This document shows, one piece after another, positions 8,969 through 19,000 of a DNA stretch of 64,000 nt. The first letter of the stretch is position 1, and every line of letters begins with the position of its first letter. The position numbers and the translations under genes were made by a program. The notes beneath the pieces were generated by a model. It was not told the origin of the DNA, did not search any database, and saw nothing but the letters and a program-made list of their open reading frames with translations. Origin of the DNA: Verrucomicrobiota bacterium (GTDB taxonomy: Bacteria > Verrucomicrobiota > Verrucomicrobiia > Limisphaerales > CANJSG01); the NCBI GenBank assembly GCA_947476875.1, contig CANJSG010000001.1, positions 25,336 through 89,335 on the forward strand, in the 5' to 3' direction.

Positions 8969-9650
8969 AACCTTAATCCTGAAGGCTTTACGGTTGCGTT
9001 TAGAGCCTTTCGTTGCTGCTGCTACACTTTTTGCTGCGGCGTTGCCCTTTGAAACGCACTGCAACCCAAAGCGAGACAACTTCACGACAGCGCCACTCTT
9101 ACTCCAAGGTTCTCGACCACCGCAAGCACCCGATTCGTGACCCCAGACAGCGCAATGGCTTCCACTAGGCCCGAATTACCGTGGAGGGTGAAGAGGGGCG
9201 CAAGCGGCTCTCGCGGATACCTCTGGCTGCTGAGTCCGCCGCAGAGGCCAAAACGGGACCCAGGAAGCTTCTGCCGGAGCGCGCCGAAAACCGGCTGCTC
9301 CAAGTCGGGCGTTCTCCCAGATTCGAGGAGGATCTCGCGGGAACTGATCTGCCCTTGCTGGCAGTCACCGGAACGAAGCCGGCGACGATCATCACGGAAG
9401 AAAAACACTGGCGCGTCGCCTTGGGGCATCTGAGCAACGAACACGCGCAGGCGCAGGCGGCTCGCCTGAGCTTTGGTCCATCGGTTGCCGTTTTGCCCGA
9501 CGCCCGGACAGGCTGAGCGCGGCGCAAAAAAATCCCATGGAAGGCCGGGGTCCCAACTTTCCAGAGGCAGACCGTCCCCACGGGGTCGGGGAGGCAGATT
9601 GGGGAGATACTTTTGAGGCATGGGACCCACTTTCCCAACGGCTTCGTTCC

Positions 9651-10337
9651 TTAGCCCGTCATGGGGGCGGAGAAGGCAGTTTGGAGAGCCAATCCGTGCC
9701 GGGCAGACCGTATCCCTTCCGCCGCGCAGCCAAGGCGGGCTGGATGATCATCAAGCCTAGGGTCGATCTCGCGGCCGTAGATGAGAGGCCACAGCCGACG
9801 GCAATTCCCGGTAATGTCAGTGGCCTGCTCCTCGGCAAAAGCAGGGCGGAACAGATCCACGGAAAGGCGCAGCTCCCGGATCAATTCATCCTGCGTGGGA
9901 TGGCCTGTCCGGGCGATCACCCTGCGGAAGGCCTCAATGTCTTTTTCCTCAAGCGGGTTGAGCTTGCCTATCAAAATGTCGATCGGGTCGGGCACGATGA
10001 CCGTGCAGTGGCCGATCTTGTAGGAGCGCGTGCGTTTGAACCAATCCGGGCTGGTCCTGAAGCTCACCCGCGAACTTACTTGAAAGCAGAAATCAGACTA
10101 CCCTTCCCCGAGGCCCGCCTTTCCCGCGCATGACACCAAGATTTCGTCGTCCCCATCCTCGCCGAAAATATCCACGACCGCGCTCAATAGGGAGAAATCG
10201 ACGGTCAACTGCAACGGGATCGATCCAAACAAAGTGATCGTGAACGGCCTGCCTCCCGGAGGTGCGGCCACGAGTTTCTCGATGGCTTTCCCGGCGGGCG
10301 TTTGCGCGAACTCTTCAGGCCACGAGGCCGAATCCAT
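9651..10337 (-). pseudogene. Nucleotidyltransferase-fold (DUF6036/AbiEii-like) gene interrupted by an in-frame TAG
   Basis: ORFs 10098-10337 (..FTITLFGSIPLQLTVDFSLLSAVVDIFGED..) and 9651-10067 (..IVPDPIDILIGKLNPLEEKDIEAFRRVI..) are in the same frame. They are separated only by TAG at 10100-10098 plus 10 sense codons (SDFCFQVSSR). The family assignment is tentative. Confidence 0.5.
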
Positions 10338-10836
10338 TCTGGCAGGCGCGGGTGAAATGAACGGCCTGATCCACGAGCCGGTTGGCGACGGCGGGATCGT
10401 TCCTCAATTGCTTGGGAAGGCGGTGGTCGTGGAGCGAGAAGGAGACGTTTCCGGTGCTGGTGGCCTCCGGCTGGGCGGCCAATAAAATTAAAGGGATGGT
10501 TGAGCGTGCGGCGGCTCCTTGGCAGCGGGTGGCGCTCATGCTGAAACCATTTCGCTGGCAGGACTTCTTGACCACTGTCGTCAGCCTTAACTTGCGAGGA
10601 ACGCCCGCTTTCCACTTGGAAGGCTGGAAGCGCCCATGATCCGATTCGCGCTCCGCCTCGCCACCGCACATGGGACCGTCCGCCAAAATTTCCCCGCGTG
10701 CTCGCACTTCCGTAGTGAAACCGACAACTGAAATTGCGACCGTGAAGCCGTTCAATCCCCGCTTCCCCACCGCTTCCCGCAGTTCTCCTGGGACGACTCG
10801 CGCCGTTCGGATCGGTTCCGACAAACGACCGGCCGG

Positions 10837-12054
10837 CTATTCGTAGCGCAGGGCCTCGATCGGATCGAGGTTGGAGGCCTTGAGGGCGGGGAAGAACCCG
10901 AAGCAGATTCCGATCAGCGCGCTGGAACAGAAGGCCATGATGACGGAGTTGGTCGCGATCAACGTGGGCGTCTGCATCAGGCTGGAAAGGCGTTCTGATG
11001 CGAGCCAACCAAGCAGGACGCCGATCAGCCCTCCGACGATGCTGAGAGTGACGGCTTCAATGAGGAACTGCATGAGGATGTCGCGGCCGCGGGCTCCGAC
11101 CGCGAGGCGGACGCCGATCTCCCGGGTGCGCTCGGTCACGCTGACGAGCATGATGTTCATGATGCCGATGCCGCCGACGAGGAGCGACACGCCGGCGACG
11201 GATCCGAGAAGGATCGTCAAAGTCTCCGAACTGGCCGTGGCGACCTCGCTGATCTCCTGCTGGTTCCTCGTCATGAAGTCGTCCGTCTCCTCGGTGGTGC
11301 GGTGGCGTTCTCGGAGAAGCTCGGTGATCTGCGCCTGGACGCCGTCGATGTTCTTCGGGTCTTCGACCTGGACCATGAAGGAACGGAAGGACGTGCCGCC
11401 CGCGAGCCTCTTCATCGAGCTGGTGTAGGGCATGAGGATGACGTCGTCCTGGTCGCTTCCATACATGCTCATGCCCTTGGGCGCGAGCAGCCCGACAATG
11501 GTGAAGGGGGCGCTGCCGATGCGGACGATCTGGCCGACGGGGCTCTCGCCCTCGCCGAAGAGGGCGACGGCCGTGGTCTTTCCGATGAGGGCGACCTTGC
11601 CGGCGCGCTGGACGTCGCCCTCGTTGAAGTTGTCGCCGTCCGCGAACTTCCACGCGCGGATGGTGGGATAGTCGGCGCCGACGCCCATGACGGAGACGCG
11701 GGCGTTCTTGTTGCCGACGGCCACCTGGGCGTTGTTGCGGACCTCGGGGCTGATGCCGGCGATGCCCTTCACGTCCTTCCTGATCGCGTCGTAATCCTCC
11801 TTCGTCAGCGTGCCGGCGGAACCGAAGCCCATGGAGACGCCGCCGCGGCGGGAGTTGCCCGACATGACCTGCACGACGTTCTGGCCCATGCTGGCGATGG
11901 ACGCCTCGATGCGGGCCTTGGCGCCGTTGCCGATGCTGACGACCGAGATGACCGCGGCGACGCCGATGATGATGCCGAGCATCGTCAGGAGGGAACGCAG
12001 CGTGTTCCGCTTGAGGGCGCGGAGGGCGAGCTTGAGGGCGTTTAGGACGATCAT
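10837..12054 (-). CDS. ABC transporter permease, MacB/FtsX family
   Basis: 405 aa. N-terminal TM helix, large periplasmic MacB_PCD-like domain, and a C-terminal FtsX 3-TM bundle (REIGVRLAVGARGRDILMQFLIEA). Overlaps the ATPase gene by 4 nt. Confidence 0.9.
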   Translation of the reverse strand: MIVLNALKLALRALKRNTLRSLLTMLGIIIGVAAVISVVSIGNGAKARIEASIASMGQNVVQVMSGNSRRGGVSMGFGSAGTLTKEDYDAIRKDVKGIAGISPEVRNNAQVAVGNKNARVSVMGVGADYPTIRAWKFADGDNFNEGDVQRAGKVALIGKTTAVALFGEGESPVGQIVRIGSAPFTIVGLLAPKGMSMYGSDQDDVILMPYTSSMKRLAGGTSFRSFMVQVEDPKNIDGVQAQITELLRERHRTTEETDDFMTRNQQEISEVATASSETLTILLGSVAGVSLLVGGIGIMNIMLVSVTERTREIGVRLAVGARGRDILMQFLIEAVTLSIVGGLIGVLLGWLASERLSSLMQTPTLIATNSVIMAFCSSALIGICFGFFPALKASNLDPIEALRYE

Positions 12055-12815
12055 GGTGCGAGGTTCACGGCGGCTTGTTCGCGGGTCAGCTTGCCCAGCT
12101 CCTCGGCGGCGTTGTGCCGTGGGCCGACCTGTTCGTCACGGACGATGCGGCCGTCGCGCATGACGACCATCCGCTTGGCGTAGCTGGCCACGTCAAGCTC
12201 GTGGGTCACCATCATGATGGTCATGCCCGCGTCGTTGAGCTGCTGGAAGATTCCCATGATCTCGATGCTGGTCTGGCTGTCCAGATTGCCGGTGGGCTCG
12301 TCGGCGAGGAGGAGCTTCGGATCGTTGACGAGCGCGCGGGCGATGGCGACACGCTGCTGCTGGCCGCCGGAGAGCTGGTTGGGCGTGTGGTCGAAGCGCT
12401 GTCCCAAGCCCACCTGTTCAAGCGACTTCATCGCCCGTGCCTTTTGTGCGGAAGCGGACTTCGAAGGCCGGGCGTAGAGCATCGGAAGCTCGCAGTTCTC
12501 AAGGGCGCTGGTTCTGGCGAGCAGATGGAATCCCTGGAAAACAAAGCCGATCTTCTGGTTGCGGAGGTCGGCGAGCTGGTCGCGGTCCAACTTGCTGACG
12601 TCGACACCGTCGAGCATGAAACGACCGCCGCTGGGACGGTCGAGGCAGCCGACGGTGTTCATCAGGGTGCTCTTGCCCGAGCCGGACGCTCCCATGACGG
12701 CGATGAACTCGCCGGCCTGGACGGTGAGGTTCACACCGCGGACGGCGTGGACCTGGATGTCACCCGACTGGTAGGTCTTCTTAAAGTCCTCAAGCTGGAC
12801 GATGGGCGTGGACAT
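12051..12815 (-). CDS. ABC transporter ATP-binding protein (MacB/LolD-like)
   Basis: Walker A GASGSGKST, signature LSGGQQQRVAIARAL, and Walker B LLLADEPTGNLD. Confidence 0.95.
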   Translation of the reverse strand: MSTPIVQLEDFKKTYQSGDIQVHAVRGVNLTVQAGEFIAVMGASGSGKSTLMNTVGCLDRPSGGRFMLDGVDVSKLDRDQLADLRNQKIGFVFQGFHLLARTSALENCELPMLYARPSKSASAQKARAMKSLEQVGLGQRFDHTPNQLSGGQQQRVAIARALVNDPKLLLADEPTGNLDSQTSIEIMGIFQQLNDAGMTIMMVTHELDVASYAKRMVVMRDGRIVRDEQVGPRHNAAEELGKLTREQAAVNLAP

Positions 12816-12836
12816 GGCTTGGAGGTAAATGGCTGA

Positions 12837-14339
12837 TCAACGCCCGCGGAATCCGCCGCCGCCAAACGGGCTACCGATGCCGCCGGGCGCCCCGCCGGCT
12901 GGGCGGGCTGCGGTTGCCGTCTCGGTGACGACCAAGCCGGTGATGACTTCATCGCCTTCCTTGAGCCCGTCTAGGACCTCCACGTTCGTGGCGTCCTCGA
13001 GGCCGGTCTTGATGGTGATCCTGCGAGCCATTTGCATGGGTTTCCCGTCGGGGGAGTTGGTCTTCACCAGCAGATACAGGCTCTGGGAAACCGGAGCGTC
13101 TCCGACACGAAGGCGAGGAACCGCCGCGGCGGCACCACCCGCTCCGCCGCCGCGGCCCCCGCCAAATCCGCCACCGGCACCGGCTGCCCCGCCGCCTTCG
13201 GCGAAGCGGGCGCGCATCTGGGCCATCCGGTCTTCCATAACTTTCTTCTGCTCGGGCGTGAGAGTGGCCATCCATTTCTCGCGTTCGCCAGACTCGGGGC
13301 GTCGGCCTTGCGCGGTCCAGGGCGGTATGGGCATGCCGTCGGGTCCGAGGGCGACGGGTGCGTTCGTGGCGGCCGCATCGGCGATCGCCGTGGCGTTGGT
13401 TCCGGATTCGGACTTGATGATCGATGCTTCGGGTGGCTTGACGCGGAAGGCCGTCTTAGGCACGCGGAGCACGGCTTTCTTTTGGCCGGTGATGATCGTC
13501 GCGGTGGTCGTCATGCCCGGGCGGAGCTTCAGGTCGTCGTTGGCGACGTCGATGATGGCCGAATAGTTCACCACGTTCTGGTTGGTGATCGCGGCGAAGC
13601 GCACCTGGCGGATGATTCCCTTGAAAGGCCGGCCAGGGAAGGCGTCGACCGTGAACTCCACGTTCAATCCCTCGGTCACGTTGCCGACATCGGCCTCGGA
13701 GACCATGGCGTCGATCTGCATCTTGCGAAGGTCGTTGGCGATGGTCATCAGCGTCGGGGTGTTGAGGCTGGCGGCGACGGTCTGGCCGATGTCGACGTTG
13801 CGGCTGATTACCACGCCGCTGATAGGGGCGTAGATCGTGGCGCGGGAAAGATCGACTTCGGCCGTGTCCACGGCGGCTTCACGGGTCAGGACCTGGGCCT
13901 TGGCCTGCTGGCGCTGGACACGGGTCTGGTCGTATTCGGACTGGGCGATGAGCCTGTTCTTCAGGAGTTCCTCGGAGCGTTTGAAGTTGAGTTCCGCCAG
14001 CTCGAGGCTGGCTTGGGAGTTGGCAAGATCGGCCTTGGCCGACTTCATCCGCGTCATGTAGGTGCCGGAATCGATCTCGGCGAGGAGCTGGCCTTCCTTG
14101 ACGGTGGAATTGAAGTCGACGGTGAGATTGGTGATCTGCCCGGAGATCTGGCTGCCGACGGCGACGGTCTTGATGGGGGACAACTGGCCGTTGGCGCTGA
14201 CCGACTGGGTGACGTCGCCCTTGGCCACGGCGGCGGAGCGGAACTCCACCGGCCCCGAGGTCGGGTTTTTGCTGCTCCAATACTTCCACCCGCCGAATCC
14301 GGCTGCGGCGAGCACGATCACGAGGACGATCCACTTCAT
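12837..14339 (-). CDS. Efflux periplasmic adaptor (HlyD/MacA-type membrane fusion protein) with a Gly-rich insertion
   Basis: N-terminal TM (MKWIVLVIVLAAAGFGGW), lipoyl/coiled-coil hairpin segments (SQISGQITNL, IYAPISGVVISRNV), a Gly/Ala-rich stretch (GGGAAGAGGGFGGGRGGGAGGAAAA) and a Gly-rich C-terminal tail. First gene of the ABC efflux operon. Confidence 0.88.
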   Translation of the reverse strand: MKWIVLVIVLAAAGFGGWKYWSSKNPTSGPVEFRSAAVAKGDVTQSVSANGQLSPIKTVAVGSQISGQITNLTVDFNSTVKEGQLLAEIDSGTYMTRMKSAKADLANSQASLELAELNFKRSEELLKNRLIAQSEYDQTRVQRQQAKAQVLTREAAVDTAEVDLSRATIYAPISGVVISRNVDIGQTVAASLNTPTLMTIANDLRKMQIDAMVSEADVGNVTEGLNVEFTVDAFPGRPFKGIIRQVRFAAITNQNVVNYSAIIDVANDDLKLRPGMTTTATIITGQKKAVLRVPKTAFRVKPPEASIIKSESGTNATAIADAAATNAPVALGPDGMPIPPWTAQGRRPESGEREKWMATLTPEQKKVMEDRMAQMRARFAEGGGAAGAGGGFGGGRGGGAGGAAAAVPRLRVGDAPVSQSLYLLVKTNSPDGKPMQMARRITIKTGLEDATNVEVLDGLKEGDEVITGLVVTETATAARPAGGAPGGIGSPFGGGGFRGR

Positions 14340-14416
14340 AAATCTTGGGGGCGGGTCTGAAAACGGTTCCGGGACTGGTTTCTAGAAAGTGGGCCGGCAG
14401 GAGCCCACTTGCAAGC

Positions 14417-14443
14417 GGGCCGGTGCCGGAACGGCACCGGCCC
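14417..14443 (-). terminator. GC-rich hairpin downstream of the 14465-15157 gene (possible terminator, no clear U-tract)
   Basis: gggccggtgccg-gaa-cggcaccggccc forms a 12-bp perfect stem 22 nt after the stop codon. A second, weaker hairpin (gtgggc..gcccac followed by ttt on the reverse strand) follows. Confidence 0.35.
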
Positions 14444-14464
14444 ACCTGTTAAACGGTCAATCGA

Positions 14465-15157
14465 TCAGAGCTTGGACTTGGCTTCGGCCGGGACTTCGAC
14501 CTTGGCGGTGCCGACGTCCTTGATCTCGACGGTGGTGGTGCGGGCCATCGTGCGGTCCTCGCCGTCCTGGGTGGTGATGGTCGCCTTGGACTTCAGCTCA
14601 TACTTGGCGATGACGCCGTCCTTTACCCAGAATACGGCCGAGGCAGACGCGTTTTTGGGGGCGGGCGCACCCTGACGACGGCCGCGCATCGAGGCGAGTT
14701 CGGCCGCGCCTTCCGGGCTGATTTCAACGGTGAACTTGCCGTCGGCGGCCTTCACTTCCTTGGCCTTGGCGAGGATGTTGGTCGCCTCACCACCGGCGCT
14801 GCGCTGGCTCGCGAAAAAGCGGCCAAAGTTCGGTCCACCCCCGGTGTTGGCCTCGAGTTCGGCAGACGACTTCCAGCCGTCGGGCGTCTTCACGGCGACC
14901 TTCGAATCCTTCATGACCACTTCGATCTCGTTGTCCTGCATTTTGGTCGAGATATGGGTGAAACCACCCTTCTCGGTCTTGCCGTTGACCGGCGCCGGGG
15001 TCCACTGGCCACCTTCGATCTCGGTGGTGGAGGTCCAAGCATAGCTGGACTTGTCCTGAAGTTTGGCGGCGGCGGCGGCAAGGTCGGCCTTGGGCTCAGC
15101 GGCAAGGGCGGTGAGCGAGGTGGCGGCGAGGAGGGACAGGTAGCTGAGTGCTTTCAT
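14465..15157 (-). CDS. Secreted hypothetical protein (230 aa)
   Basis: The internal ATG at 15157 gives the signal peptide MKALSYLSLLAATSLTALAAEP. The mature part is a Lys/Glu/Thr-rich soluble beta-type sequence. The longer track ORF (to 15265) has an Arg/Pro-rich, non-protein-like extension. Confidence 0.6.
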   Translation of the reverse strand: MKALSYLSLLAATSLTALAAEPKADLAAAAAKLQDKSSYAWTSTTEIEGGQWTPAPVNGKTEKGGFTHISTKMQDNEIEVVMKDSKVAVKTPDGWKSSAELEANTGGGPNFGRFFASQRSAGGEATNILAKAKEVKAADGKFTVEISPEGAAELASMRGRRQGAPAPKNASASAVFWVKDGVIAKYELKSKATITTQDGEDRTMARTTTVEIKDVGTAKVEVPAEAKSKL

Positions 15158-15388
15158 GGGGCTGGTTCTGGGTTGGTGGTTGGTCCGAGAGGAAGACCGG
15201 CGACCTCTCAGGTGGTTACACCGAATCCTGGGCGGATTCCCGGGCAAAGTCGAACACTTGGTCATTGGACACGCCGCCGGTCCGGCCTATCAAGGCACAT
15301 CATCCGTCCACCACCATCCCGAGGAGCCGTTCGGACGGGGGTTGCGGGCCTGACTAGGCTCGGAGAACGGGACTCCGGAGCATCCGCC

Positions 15389-15413
15389 GGAACATTTCGT
15401 CTAAGGATCCGTC
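15389..15413 (+). promoter_or_regulatory. ECF-type promoter candidate (GGAAC-N16-CGTC), probably autoregulatory
   Basis: ggaac (15389-15393), a 16-nt spacer, then cgtc (15410-15413), about 100 nt upstream of the ECF sigma start codon at 15514. Confidence 0.5.
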
Positions 15414-15513
15414 CGTCCGTGTGTCGTAGAGGGTGAGATGCCCCCGCTGAACGGACCAAAGAAACCGGACCGGCGCCGAACGCGATGATGCGACGCCGCC
15501 CGAGAACAAGCCG

Positions 15514-16083
15514 ATGACCGTGGCCAGTCCAGAATCCGCCAGCACCAGTCAGCCGCCCCGATCCGAGACGATCGAGGAGCTGTTCGGCGCGCTGGAATCA
15601 CCGCTCCTCAGCTACGCGCTGCGGCTCGTCGGCGACCGCGCCCAGGCGGAGGACATCGTCCAGGACGCGTTCATGAAACTTCACGCCCAGTTCGCCGAGG
15701 TCCGCGAGCCCCGCCGATGGCTTTACCGCATCGTGCACAACCTCGCCCTCAACCATCGCCGCCAATCCGGCAAGCTCGTAGCCCTGCCGGAATCGGGCGC
15801 GGCGAATCCGAATGGAACCGCCTCCGACCGCGAGACCGCCGACACCGAACCCCTGCCCGACGAACAGATCATCCGTTGGGAAGGCATCGGGCTCGTCCGC
15901 CTCAGCCTCTCGGCGCTGGACGAACGCAGCCGCGAAGTCGTCCGGCTGAAGTTCGACGACGACCTTTCCTACCAGCAGATCGCCGGACGAACCGGCCTGA
16001 GCAACGGCCACGTCGGCTACCTCCTCCACCACGCGCTCAAGACCCTCGCGGCCGAGCTCAACCGCGCGGGACTCCTGCCATGA
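15514..16083 (+). CDS. ECF (extracytoplasmic function) sigma-70 family sigma factor
   Basis: Region 2 (AEDIVQDAFMKLHAQF...WLYRIVHNLALNHRR) and region 4 HTH (LSYQQIAGRTGLSNGHVGYLLHHALKTL). 189 aa. Confidence 0.92.
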   Translation: MTVASPESASTSQPPRSETIEELFGALESPLLSYALRLVGDRAQAEDIVQDAFMKLHAQFAEVREPRRWLYRIVHNLALNHRRQSGKLVALPESGAANPNGTASDRETADTEPLPDEQIIRWEGIGLVRLSLSALDERSREVVRLKFDDDLSYQQIAGRTGLSNGHVGYLLHHALKTLAAELNRAGLLP

Positions 16084-19000
16084 ACCCATTCTCCAACGAT
16101 CCTCCCGGCCAGGACGATCCCGAGCTCCGCATCACGGCATTGCTCCTGGGCGAACTCTCCAAGACGGCCGCAGCCGACCTGCGCCAGGAAATCGCCGCCA
16201 GCGCCGCCCTGCAAAAACTCCACGACGAACTCGCCCGCACCATCGGCCTCGTCCGTGAAGCCCGCGGAGCGGCGGATGAAAAGACGGGGCCCACGGCGGA
16301 ACCGCTCACCCTGTCGTTCGATAAACGAAACCGTCTCTTTGCGGCGTTCAAAACGGTTCCCTTGCCGGTGGCCGAGAAGAAACGACGGCTGGTCGTTCCG
16401 TGGCGGGAAGCCGCGTCCGTGGCGGCCATGCTGGCCGTGCTCGCGGGTGTCACGACGCTGGTGTTGAACCGGGGCCTCCAGCCGGAAGACACGCTCTCGG
16501 ACCGGATGGCCCTCTTCTTCGGGCGTGAAAAATCCTACAAGACACCCGGCGGCGTGACTCCGTTGCCGATGGGGGAGGTGGTCACGTCGGCGGAGTCCAA
16601 GGAGATCCGCCTTTTAGCGTATGACGCGGCGAGTTCGCCGCTGGATGGACGGGCCGCCGGGGTCGAGGCCAAGTCCTCTTCGGCCCGTGGATCCGATCCG
16701 GCGTCTGCCCAGCCGCCCATGCTCAATCCGGCTGGCGAACCCGTTGTGAATGGCCGGCTCGGCGTCGGGCAGAATGGTGTCGAGCTGGAATCCGAAGCGG
16801 TGGATCCGCAATACAGGACCCGCTATGGCATCGCGCTGAACCTGCCTCTCAAAGAACCCGCCCCGGCCGCCTACGCCGACGCGGGAAACGCTTCCGGCAC
16901 ACCCGCGCTGACGGTTGCCGATTCCAGGCCGCGTCAGGAACCACAAGCGACTCGTTTTGCCATCGCTCTTCCTTCCAGCGCGGAACCAGCCAAGGCGGGC
17001 GCCGATGACTTCGCTGCCCTGAGCCGTGGTGAACGCACCGCGCTCGGGGTCGACACTCGCTGGGAGAGCAGTTCCACGGCCGCCTTCGACAAAGCTCCGG
17101 TGGCAGAAGCCTTCTTCCGGCAGACGAGTCAGCCTGAAAGCCTGGCGCGAACCGAACTTTCCCGGCGTGCCGACGCTGCCGGTGCAAAGGCCGGTTCTAC
17201 TTGGGAGTTCCGAAACTCCGGCCGCACCGAGGTCGCCCTTCAGAGCGAGAGCAAGTTCGTTGCGGCGGGTGATCTTTTGGTCGATGCCGACCGATACGCG
17301 GCCGCCGTTCCGCCGCCGGCCACGTCTCCGGCTTCGGAAGCACCCGAAGGCATGAAGGCGAATTTCGGCATCACCCTGGCAACCGCCCAGCCCTCCGGGG
17401 GCGGACTCGCAGGCGGCGGTGGGGGCGGCGGTGGACACGGACTTGAAGGCCGCGCGTATTCACGCGAGGCAGTGGATGGGTTGACGACCAAACTCGCACC
17501 GCCGTTGGTGGTCTCGGGACCGGCTCCCGCACAGGCGGCCAAGGGCAGGGCCTGGTTTGAGCAGAAGCCCGCCGCAGAAAGGGAGAAGCAGGTCTTGGCA
17601 TTCCAGGCCGTCGATCAGAAGGACTCTTTTGGGACCGAGTTGAAGTCCCGATTGGCCACCGCAGCCGGCGCCTCTGCGCCCGTGTTGACGGACGGCGGTG
17701 TGGCCTCCGCCGCCGAGTTCAACCAGCCGGCTCCGGCCCCCATGGCCGCGTATCGGGTTCCGGTTGCGGCCCGGAGTTACTTCTTCGATGCGAGCGATCC
17801 GGCGAAAGGCGCTAAGCCCGTGGACAAGGAACTCGCGGACCGACCCATACCGGCCCGTTCAGGTGGATTGTCGGACAATGCCGAATCCCGCGTGCGGCAG
17901 CTGAAGGAAGTGGAAGCGGTGAGCTTGGTTGCCCAAAGCGGCCCGGAAGAACTCTACGCCAAGGCCCAACCCGCCGCGCCGGCCCCCACCCTCGACTTGC
18001 CCACGATCAACGGCCGCGAACTGGGGCGGAAAGAGCTCAGGGCTGCAGGGGCCAACGGGGACTTTATCCTTTCGAAGTCGAAGAATCAGGTCGGAGGCAA
18101 CGTTGGGGATCCGGAAGGGATCGGAGCTCTCGAGTCCGCCGCCAAGTCGGACGCGAAGGCGGAGTCTTTGAAGCGACTCAGTAAGCTTTCGGTGGACGAA
18201 CGGATTCAGGAAACCGACGGAGAACGCTCCGTCCTCAAGCGCTCGATCGTTTTGCCCGCATCGGGAACGGGCGACTCGGGCGTCATCGTCGCCGGGAAGC
18301 CGGCCACGGCGGCGGCCTTGGACACGGCGGGCGCGGTGCGCAAGAAGATCGCGGCCGGAGGCCAAAAGCTGGCCGCGCTCAAACAGGTCGAGGAACGCGC
18401 CAAGGTCTCCAAACTCGAGGATGCGGCCACTCCCCGCACCCCCGCGCCGAACGCCGCCGTTCCCCAGCCCGAGGTGGCCACGGCGGAGAACGCTTTCTCC
18501 ACGTTCTCGCTCAACGTCGCCGACGTCAGCTTCAAGCTCGCCGCCGCCAGCCTGGAAAAGGGCGCGATGCCGGACGTGTCGACCATCCGCAGCGAGGAGT
18601 TCATCAACGCCTTCGACTATCGCGACCCCGAACCGCCGGCGGGCGTTCCCATCGCCTTCGCCACCGAACGCGCGCGGTATCCGTTCGCGCATGACCTCGA
18701 CCTCGTCCGCTTCTCTGTGAAGACGGCCGCCGTCGGACGCCAGCCTGGCAAGCCCTTCAACATCGTCCTCGCGATCGACAACTCCGGATCGATGGAACGC
18801 GCCGACCGCGTGCGCATCCTCCAGGAATGCATCCGCACCCTCGGTTCCCAGCTCCTGCCCGAGGACCGCATCAGCGTCGTGTCGTTCGCCCGGACGGCCC
18901 GTCTCTGGGTCGATGGCGTCCCGGTGGTCGAGGCCGGTGACCTCGCCGAACGCATCGGCCGTTTGACGCCCGAAGGCGGCACCAATCTCGAGGAGGCGAT

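Noticed and set aside
9082-9640. Overlapping 98-182-aa ORFs on both strands between the tRNA and the NTase-like gene.
   Set aside because: They are mutually overlapping, have Arg/Pro/Ser/Cys-rich composition and contain no recognisable motifs. I treat the region as non-coding or decayed rather than calling genes.
15717-16079. The upstream 121 codons of the 1,359-aa track ORF (the anti-sigma gene).
   Set aside because: This part overlaps the ECF sigma gene in another frame and is Arg/Pro-rich (RPRPQPSPPIRQARSPAG...). The ATG at 16080 gives the classic ATGA coupling and a typical anti-sigma N-terminus.
17395-17440. Runs of GGC/GGA codons here, and at 13120-13200 in the MFP gene, that look like simple-sequence DNA repeats.
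   Set aside because: They are in-frame Gly/Ala low-complexity linkers within well-supported genes. They are imperfect at the DNA level and are not tandem-repeat loci.
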